DNA of 62,236 nucleotides, counting the filler, from Choristocarpus tenellus KU-1152 (taxonomy: Eukaryota; Protista; Phaeophyceae), in NCBI GenBank assembly GCA_964200185.2. It is 13 parts of 13 records of this genome, joined end to end, with 100 filler letters (N's around TTAATTAATTAA, not from the genome) between each part and the next. Parts side by side here need not be neighbours in the genome. Positions count along the whole stretch, not along the records: positions 52,404 to 55,552 come from CAXNAD020021963.1; positions 55,653 to 59,493 come from CAXNAD020017624.1; positions 59,594 to 62,236 come from CAXNAD020026012.1; 10 more parts are not named here. The stretch is one strand, 5' to 3'. The notes under the pieces are model-generated. The model was not told where the DNA came from. It saw only the letters and a list, made by a program, of their open reading frames with translations, and did no database searches. Positions within the stretch are counted from its first letter, which is position 1. Each line of letters starts with the position of its first letter. The translations under genes and the position numbers were made by a program. Shown piece after piece: positions 53,713-62,236 of this stretch.

Positions 53713-54084
53713 TCAAATCAACCTTCAGAGTGAAATTCAGTATGGACCGACGATGCTGTATCGTATCAAAGCAGATCGAATGAGCAGCCTATTTTTTTGC
53801 AATAGTCACCACCGCATATGTAACGTCTTTTTCCTATAGGAAAGAAATCCCCTCCCACGGACTCAACCAACACACATTTTCACATCAGCAAAATATCACT
53901 AGTAACAACGGGTATATTAATTTCTTAATCAGAAAAATCTATTTTATTGAGGGTGCTTACTTGGTTGCTTGTTTCGATAACAAACACCAGAAATACTGCT
54001 CCCTCGGTACCATCAGGTGCTGTTCCCACGGACAGGGGGGTTCCCCACACTCCTTGAGGTTCTCTTCTCCAACTTCGGTCAGAA

Positions 54085-54800
54085 CGTTTTCCTTCATCAC
54101 AACACCACCACCATCTGGAAGGCGTGACAGTAATAGCATTGCAAATCCTGCCTACCAAAAGGCCACGCTTCCATGCCCATGGACTTCAGTTCCCAACTTC
54201 TATACAACCACCAAGACTGGACACAACATGAATTTTTAATCTTGTTGTTGACAACGCTCCTGCCCAGAGTTTGGTGTTTGAGGAACATGACGGAAGGGGG
54301 GAGATCTGGGAAAGGGAAGGATCTGGGCTCATAGCACTACGAATGTAGTGCTATCCGAAGCCAGGACAATGAGCTTGTTCAGAACGCTGTGAAGATGTTT
54401 AACAAACTACCACCTAATACCTTTGGCCCAGGAATACGGGCAGACACTGGATCTCCTCCAGATCTGGTCTGACGACTGCGGAAGTCAATTCAAAAGCCTG
54501 TGGCAAATGTGGTAGGTTTCCCGGACGATTGCGAAGATGGAGATCAAAGTAGTACACAACTTCTTCTCATCATACTAATGAAGGTCCAAGTCCAATGGAG
54601 TCGAAGCTGTGGTGAAGTCAGCCGCCAGGAGGCTCGAGCTATACAGGGCACGGATGGCGGGAACCTCATCCTCAGTGGAGACAACCAAGGCAACCAAGAC
54701 ACACATTGCACGTTGAGGGATCCAATGCCAGAGGAAGAGGGGCACCTCCGTAGGGACTGCAAGGGTGCTCCTGGACAGACAAGGTCGGCACACCCCCCAT
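54085..54800 (+). mobile_element. Sola2-like DDD transposase pseudogene
   Basis: Frameshifted motifs MDFSSQL...QIWSDDCGSQFKS...VVHNFFSSY..SKSNGVEAVVKSAARR. These match Sola2 'DFS / SDGCxxQFK / NFFxxxHGKxxxDGxGxxVK'. Confidence 0.75.
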
Positions 54801-55482
54801 CCATACACTCGACTCGCTGACATTTCTTGTTGTTTCAAACACTTACATACCGTTTCGAGTTGGGTTTTTATCGAAGTTGGAAAAAATGTAATGGTCACCT
54901 CCTAAATGCGAGTGAGTAGAGTATTTCCCAACCTAAGTGAGGATACATAATAAAATAAAAACGACTGCAAAACAAAAATTCTCCTACTTCCAAGACATGG
55001 CTTCAACAATCTTTGGTAATAAACCGAAGTCAGACCATAATGAATAGGTTAGGTGGCTCTCCCTTGGCATGGGAGCAACATATGGATGGAATGAGTGGGC
55101 GAGTAGGAGGTATTTCCATAATCGGCAAGGTATATCAACTGTGAACATATTCTATCTTGAACGTACCTATTTGTTGGACTTGCGAGGCCTTTGTCTCAGT
55201 GCATTATATTGTTGAAGCTATTTCATCGATGAACTGGACGGTGTTACTTAACCGTTTATCGTCACGTTTATTTCTGCGATGAGTTGTAGATATTAGCCCG
55301 AAATCCAATAAGAGATACAAGAATCATTTGTTCGCCCAACATGCAAGCTGTTGAGTTAAGTTGTGTTGCACAGTAGTTTTCCCTTTTTCAAAATTGAATA
55401 TTGCTAGGTTACTCTATTAAATTAAGTAGTGCTCTATAGCATTGTTAGATAAAGCGAAAGAAAATAGACAACAGATACGAAT

Positions 55483-55552
55483 GGCTCAAAGTATCTGGGG
55501 TGGGGTGGCGGCTGTCCATTTGGGGTCACTTTTTTCATGTCGGGATTTTTGG
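55483..55552. mobile_element. MITE subfamily B arm, truncated at contig end
   Basis: GGCTCAAAGTATCTGGGGTGGGGTGGCGGCTGTCCATTTGGGG matches the arm seen at 22066 and 52949. Confidence 0.8.
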
Positions 55553-55652
55553 NNNNNNNNNNNNNNNNNNNNNNNNNNNNNNNNNNNNNNNNNNNNTTAA
55601 TTAATTAANNNNNNNNNNNNNNNNNNNNNNNNNNNNNNNNNNNNNNNNNNNN

Positions 55653-56276
55653 ATAGGACAGTGCCCTGGTGGTGGGTGAAACGAGAGCAACTGTAAGTGC
55701 ATGGTAGGCCTCTTCGGCCATCCAGATACCATTCACACTGAAGCCGTCTGAGAGAAGTTCCTCATAGGAGCGTTCTTGATTGACTGGTCTTTCACTTGTC
55801 AACGCATCCAAACAGTGGGTATATCTGCAATGAACGATGAAACGCCTCCGCCAGTCCCGGTAGTCCGAGTCGTCCAATAGTTCCGGTGGTTGGGTTCTTG
55901 ATCTCTTTGTTGTAGGGTGAGCAATATGTGCGCCTGACCCCAAGCTCTCCGAAGAACCAGACCTCTGGCTTGCTCCACTTCTGATGCTCGCTGCATCCAA
56001 ACTGTTTCCACTCTCTGGGAAATTTTTCCTCAACATGGGTTCCATAGGACCCACTTCGACTGGTACGCCGCCAGCCGGAGGCCGTGTGCTGGGCACAGCG
56101 GCCTGGACGACGGGATGATTTCTGTCGCCAACTCTTTCAGACTGAACCATGAGATTGCCAACGTTTCTTGACAACTCTGCTACCGTCGCCATAAGCTGTC
56201 TGAATTCTTGGACAGATGGGCCTTCGGAAGGAACAGGTTCCCGCAATTCTTGAATTGCATCTCCTCGTGTAGACAT
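55653..56276 (-). mobile_element. Ty1/Copia gag N-terminal ORF, truncated by contig end
   Basis: Open frame MSTRGDAIQ...PPELLDDSDYRDWRRRFIVHC...CLDAL...SYEELLSDGFS...AYHALTVAL, the 'YxxWxxxF...L' pattern of Copia gag. Confidence 0.6.
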
Positions 56277-58739
56277 GATGAAATGATGGGTTAGAAACCT
56301 AAGGTCCAAATATTGTGATAAATCCAGCGAGATTGCTTGGTGTCTGTAGAGTGATTGATTAAATTTAGGTGGGGCATGCAATGCCCCATAAAATCCGAAA
56401 TAATTTCCTTTTATATGAGAAAAATTCTCATTCAACTAATCACTAGTAAAATGTTCTGATAACTCAACCACTAATTGATTGTTCCGCTACTCCATACATA
56501 TTTTACGGTAACTGTCCGATAGAGTTGGAAGAGTCTAATCGAGCAATATACCCCATGGCGGTCAATCAAGGCATTGCCATCCATGAAACATAGGTTGATT
56601 TGACCCGGTGGAATAGGTTCAATATGGGAATTCTGCAGGGAAGTGTGGGAACGTAAAAACCTATAGGAAATGCATGCTGTGTGTAAAGTTAGTGTAGCAG
56701 GTGGTAGAATTAAATTTCCCTTCAATACGAATACATTTAGAAGATGATTTGAGACACAGAGGAAGAGAGGCAATATGACGAGGGTTACCGCCTGCACCTA
56801 AAGGGAAATTCGGATATGAAGCATGTTTATTCCACATATGCTGAGGAAGAAATTGTCCTTGAGGTGTGAGGGGTACTGAGTGCTTGTTGAAGGTTCGGAG
56901 AGTAGTCAACTGCACGTACAAGGCACAAAGTGGATATGGGGAAGACAACAGTGAGTAAAGTTGATGATGGAGAAGCAGTCATGGAAATATTCGGCATATG
57001 TGGTACTTGCAATTGGGCAGGTGCGTGTCGTTCAACTTTGCCTTCCATGCTCTGGAAATATAGCATGCTAGCATTGAAGGAAAGCAGATCATGCATGCAC
57101 GTTCAATGGTCGGTTTATCACGTTGTGGATCGTGAAGTTTAAGTTTGACATGCATGCCGAAACTTGTCAGAAGGTGGGTAAATCAATTGTGGGGAATGGA
57201 AGACGCATTTCTTTGGGAAGGTTTGGGATTTTTGGCAAAGCGGTTGTCTGATAAATAGATGCAGACTGCCTTACATCATTCACGTCCCTTATTTCCGTCA
57301 GCTTCAAGATAAGATCCATGTTTGGTGGACGTTTTGCTTCGACTTCTTCCTTCAACTATGCATAGATAAGCGTGATTCCCTGGTCAGCAGTAGATGGCGT
57401 TGATTGGAGAACAGGTGGAGTTGACGAGGATATCTGTGATGGCATCGAAGGGACAGTCAGGGTCTGTGTAGCAGGGGAATTTGATTTTAATGGTTGACCT
57501 AGTGGATGGTTATCCATGGACACCGGTTGCGGGACAACTCATTCATCTATCGTCCTGAAATGTGTGTCAACACAGATTCTGGATGATTTATGTAGAAGGG
57601 TTTCCTCCCATCCTCCACGAGAACCTCATCAAAGGAATGAGGTCTCGGTCACGGAAAGGTGGGAGAAGTTGCTCTGCTGGTTCATTTTCTTTGTATTCCT
57701 CCTCCACGAAGATTTAGAAACTATTCTCCGAGGCATGTGTTGTTTCATCTTCTCAATTGAACTATATGCCAACCGGAATAATGTTGCATACGTACACAGG
57801 GCAGGTGTGGTGCTCAAAGCACGGGGAATGTAGTGAGAGTGTCCTGAAGTACTACTGAAGTGCCCTCCCACTTCTCAACTGTCGCCACCACTGTTAAACA
57901 GTTGGAAACTGGCAGACAGATTCTTCAGACTGAAGGGGAGTGGGAAGGCCCACAGGAGGAACGGAAAGGAGAGAGAGAAGGCAGGAGGATGAACCCTTTG
58001 AAGATGTCACTCACGAAAGGAGTGGATAAGGAAAGTAAATGAGGGGGGGTTGCAAGTTCCACTCAACAACTGGATATTGACGTCATCAGGAAGCAATGAC
58101 AATGTTATGTATGAGGAAACAGGGTGTAAGGTGTACCTTCTAGATGTTGAACGGTCATTTAAAGGTATAACTTGATGGAAAGGTGCTACCACACCTTTCG
58201 TAGTCGTAATAGTATAGGGCACAAGATACATGTAGAGTGAGTGGTAAATAGGGAGGCATGGACATGGCGTGGTAGATCCTTCAACAAAGTATTACCTGGA
58301 TGACTATTGGTAAGATATTCTAACATGGCCCAATCCATGATCGTCACTACTCCACAATACCAGGGCCTTTTTTCAGCCATGTATAACCTACTTCAAACGT
58401 GACCAAGTTCATGACTATCAACCATTTTGATACGACCAGGGCCACAGGCCAGCCTTTTCCAACCAAGTTCGAATATGACTGAGTCCATGGCTATTGACCG
58501 TTTCAATATGACCAAAAGTGGATATGCTAACCGCTCGGTCCAGTGAAAAGCTCTGGTTATGCTGGAACCTTGATACGTAGCAGTTGTCAGCACCTACATA
58601 ATTTCAGTGGTATGTAGTTTTGATATTTTGTCACGAACGGAGAAAATATTCAAACATGAGATATTCGCAACTTTTCCAAAATTATGTGAGCTTGGCAGAA
58701 GATGTTCAAGGTGACTACCATATATTCAAGCAGAATTGC

Positions 58740-59127
58740 CATCAAATGATGTTGTTGCCGCTGCAGCTACAGTTGAGGCAGGAAGTGCAACCAGTTCGAC
58801 AAAGGGATCTATTGTCCCTCCTTGTAGTTTTCATTTCATCAACACCTTCGCAATGAAAAACAATGGGCATCTCAAGTAAGCAGAGCAATTTCGGATGAGT
58901 TGGCAACTCACGTGGTTTATTGTAGGGTGACTGGGGATTTCAATGGGAAGGAAAGAGTGAAAACATGTCTGCAGCAGATCGTGTCGATAACGGCATGGAC
59001 AGGTGACAATTTCAGGGTGCACCATAGACTTCGAGCACTAGACACAGGACTGTTGAGCAAGGCCAGGCCTGACCAACTCATGAGATTCTCCCTTCTTTTG
59101 AGAGCACCTTACAAGTGCCAGTCCTAG
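58740..59127 (+). mobile_element. Further degraded CRE-like 3' fragment
   Basis: CAACACCTT...AGCAGAG...GGATGAGTTGGCAACTCACG aligns with 34040-34120; peptide 'VKTCLQQIVSIT'. Confidence 0.6.
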
Positions 59128-59593
59128 AGCAGGTTCAGTGCGCGTGTATCATCAGATGTCTCTCGACTATTTTCAGATGTGATGAAGATATAATCAAACA
59201 TCTCTGCACAGTATAAAATTGGTGTGAAAGGAGTTGGTTTATTGTTATCACATATATGCTGCTACTGTTTGTTAGTGTGTTGGAATGCCTCTATTGTAAG
59301 AATACATACTCCGTTATGCTCATTGTAGTCTGCCTTTGCCTTGCATGTTGAATCTTGTCCTATCTCAAAACATTTGCGGTATGTCATGACAAAGTCTGTT
59401 AAATATACGAGGTCACCTTTCATGTACCTATTATCATACAACAGCCGATTTCAAAAATTGAGGATGGAGCTTTTCATTGAGGATGGGCTTGACNNNNNNN
59501 NNNNNNNNNNNNNNNNNNNNNNNNNNNNNNNNNNNNNTTAATTAATTAANNNNNNNNNNNNNNNNNNNNNNNNNNNNNNNNNNNNNNNNNNNN

Positions 59594-60018
59594 GAAGAGC
59601 TCTTACTTCATCTCAACACCACCATTTGCCAGGCACAACAATACAAACACTGCAAATCCCGCCTCCCCAAAGGACACGCCGCCATGTCCACGGACTTCAG
59701 CGCCTACCTTCAACACAACCACCAATACTTGAAACAACAAGAGTTCTGCAATCTATTTCTTGCGGCGCTTCTGACCATTGTCTGGTGGATGAGGGATCTC
59801 AGAGAAGAGGAAAATCTTGGGAAGGGAAGGGTTTGGGCTCACAGCATGGCGGTGTGTAGTGAAGACCAAAGTCAAGACAACGAGTTCGTCCAGAACGGCG
59901 TGGAGATGTTTGCGAAAGACCACCTAATACCTCTAGCCAGTGAATACGGACAGATCCTGGAGGTCCTCCACATCTGGTCCGATGGCGCCGTCGGTCGATT
60001 GTTGACCGCCAGCGGAAG
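59594..60018 (+). mobile_element. Sola2-like transposase fragment, second copy
   Basis: HCKSRLPKGHAAMSTDFSAYL...SEDQSQDNEFVQ...VLHIWSDG; nucleotide-level homologue of 54090-54485. Confidence 0.78.
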
Positions 60019-61480
60019 TGTAGGGACATGGACAAAGATACATTGAAATATATACTCCTTGAACCGGCGACACTGAGTTATGTGCCAGATTTAGATGAGG
60101 GAGAAACATTAAATGCCAGTGCCGGGGGCAGAGGACTATACTTCAGATGGGACGATCAGCGGATGCGAGGGACCGTGACCAAGTAACAGCCCCACTACAC
60201 GGCGAAAGTTAGAGAGAAGCGAGTAAGCTACCCCTACGAGGTCAAATGGGAGAATGGCGAGTTTGCGAAATATCCAGCTTCTTGTCCAACACGTCTTGGT
60301 CAATACTCCTACACGGGTCTGGTTCTGGACAAGTCCTACACTGCCACCATACTGACGACAGACACTGCTTTGAGGAGCAACATAGGCCAATTTGTGAGTG
60401 ACCCTCTACTTCGCCAGTCCGACACATGCTTCGACAGACATGTTATGATGGAGAGAGATCGGACGTTCTCTAATTGAACGGACTAATGCATTTGGTACAT
60501 TGGATTTATTATCTTCCCGAAGAGTTTTTGTTTATGTGTCCTCATACGCATGTTTTTATTGGCCCAGTGGCAACCTAGATTTCATCTCCATTAGTGCGGT
60601 TCTGCCAACATCCTCTAATACCTTTAATGCCATGCCCCAATCCTTTTTCCTCCCCTCTTGCGTTGATCGGACCACAGAGCAATTGGCAGAAACCTTACCA
60701 GAAATACGTTGACGCACAAGCATCTCGTACTCCACACCACCATCTTCAGCACAAGTCGAGATTTCCACAACAGATGACCTCTTTTCCACACCCAAACCAA
60801 GCGGCAGCAACCACCCTGGCTCCAAACTTTGAACCCAACGACATCTTCCCTGAGCCAAAATAACATTACCTACACCCACTCAAGCACCAAGCGTAGGTCC
60901 TAAATGCATTTTAGTCCAAAATACATTATAAGAGGACGGTGGCTGGGTGAAAGTATCTTGGGGGGGGGTGGTGATTTGTGAGGGGGCATCCGGACTGAAA
61001 CGGACGGACCGAAACGGAAGCCCCCTTACAAACCAAGCCCCCCCCAGATACTTTGACTCCTAACCCAAAGTTTCTGTCCCCATGGAATGGAGAGGGCCAT
61101 ATGAAATAAAAGAGAGGATAACTCCGGTAATCTACCGTGTGAAGGAGCAGGCCTACCTTCGAGGCATCACTGTGCTTATAACACGACTTAAACCATACAA
61201 AGAGAACCACCCACCTGATCAGGGCTTTATCCCTTTTTTTGTCAAGTTTCGAATGGAAGAGGATCTCCGTGCACCTCTTTTTGCATCTCCAAACTTGCTA
61301 TCACCACACCCGCAAAAAGAGTAATTGATGTGATACTCGGGATGGTCATCTATAGGTTTGATTCCTTTATCTTAAGCAGGAATCGTTGAGATCCCTCGAC
61401 CTTCTCAATTGTTTGCCCCTTAAGCAAAAAAGATTTTGTTTTGAGCTCACTCGGTTGGAGGTGACTGTGTTCCCTCGTAG
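60019..61480 (+). mobile_element. Ty3/Gypsy LTR retrotransposon remnant (putative 5' LTR 60019-60490, PBS-like TGG, integrase GPY/F tail)
   Basis: Begins TGT exactly where Sola2 homology stops. ...GCA-TT-TGGTAC at 60490 looks like an LTR end/PBS. 'WRGPYEIKERITPVIYRV...TRLKPY' is the GPY/F module. No second LTR seen. Confidence 0.6.
60945..61059. mobile_element. Minimal 115-bp hairpin MITE (subfamily D)
   Basis: GGGTGAAAGTATCTTGGGGGGGG..TTTGTGAGGGGGC / GCCCCCTTACAAA..CCCCCCCCAGATACTTTGACTC; almost entirely inverted repeat. Confidence 0.85.
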
Positions 61481-62236
61481 TCGGGCACACGGTTTCTGCT
61501 CCACATAGTCCAAAAGATTGGAACTATAAGAAAACTGAACCTCATCACTCCAGAACTCCGGGTATAATGCTTATTATCAACAATACTTAAAGGTGAGAAA
61601 TCGAGTTTTCACGTTAAAATCAAAAGGAATAGACAGTATACATATTCCTCAGAATGGAAGTGGACAATCCTTTCCTGACAAACACAGGATATTTACCCTT
61701 TTGCTTTCAGGGACGCAAGATAATAATTCGAGGTAATGTTACAACCACAAAGGTAATCACTGATCCAACTCCATAAGAAAACCCCTGTCTCAGTGCAATT
61801 CCTCTTGAGACATATCTTGTGGCCTAGCGCAACCCACAACCAAGATAAGGGGACAATAGTTTTCCATTCATAATTACACTAGCTGAGGTATTGTAACTTG
61901 ATCAACACAATGACCCAAGCACTTTGGTACCGAAATTCTTGGGATGTTATCTTCATAACCCTTGGGTAATTAAAGATACAATAAGATGTTTTCCATCACT
62001 GGGGTTCCAACCCTGTTGAGGATAACCTTTCAAGGAACTCCTCCAAACTGGCTACATGAACGTTCTTGGGATACCCAGATGATTCATTTTCTTTTCTCTT
62101 AAGGGACTGTCTGCCATGATGTGCTGGCCAGCCATTTCTTTTTTTGTCGTGTGCAGACAGAGCTCACACTGGGGGGGGGGGGTGATGTGATGGACAGGTC
62201 CCTTTGGGACTTGATCTCAGTCCAACCCACATCCGC

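Overview
This is eukaryotic nuclear DNA and not one locus. It is 13 unrelated short contigs joined by 12 identical 100-bp artificial linkers (N44-TTAATTAATTAA-N44). Spliceosomal introns, a signal peptide + 'A-F' bipartite plastid presequence and the transposon types point to a photosynthetic stramenopile, probably a brown alga or relative (inference; no species call). Three complete spliced genes could be reconstructed: ARL2, a head-to-head UPF0489/C5orf22-like gene, and a plastid-targeted STI1-domain co-chaperone. Partial genes are condensin II CAP-G2, glycerol kinase, an NT5C3-like nucleotidase, two CRAL-TRIO fragments and an unknown membrane protein. The rest is mostly transposon relics: an intron-containing DUF7869/Sola-like transposase beside a ~173-bp satellite, two Sola2-like transposases, CRE-like non-LTR fragments, Copia gag, a Gypsy remnant and Tc1/IS630-like pieces. 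The most interesting signal is a multi-size family of non-autonomous TIR elements (10 copies) with shared G-R-S-Y-S-AAAGTATCT termini and apparently non-specific 3-bp TSDs. There is no CRISPR array, rRNA or intact tRNA, and I cannot support a new multi-gene system. All family assignments come from motif recall, not database searches.
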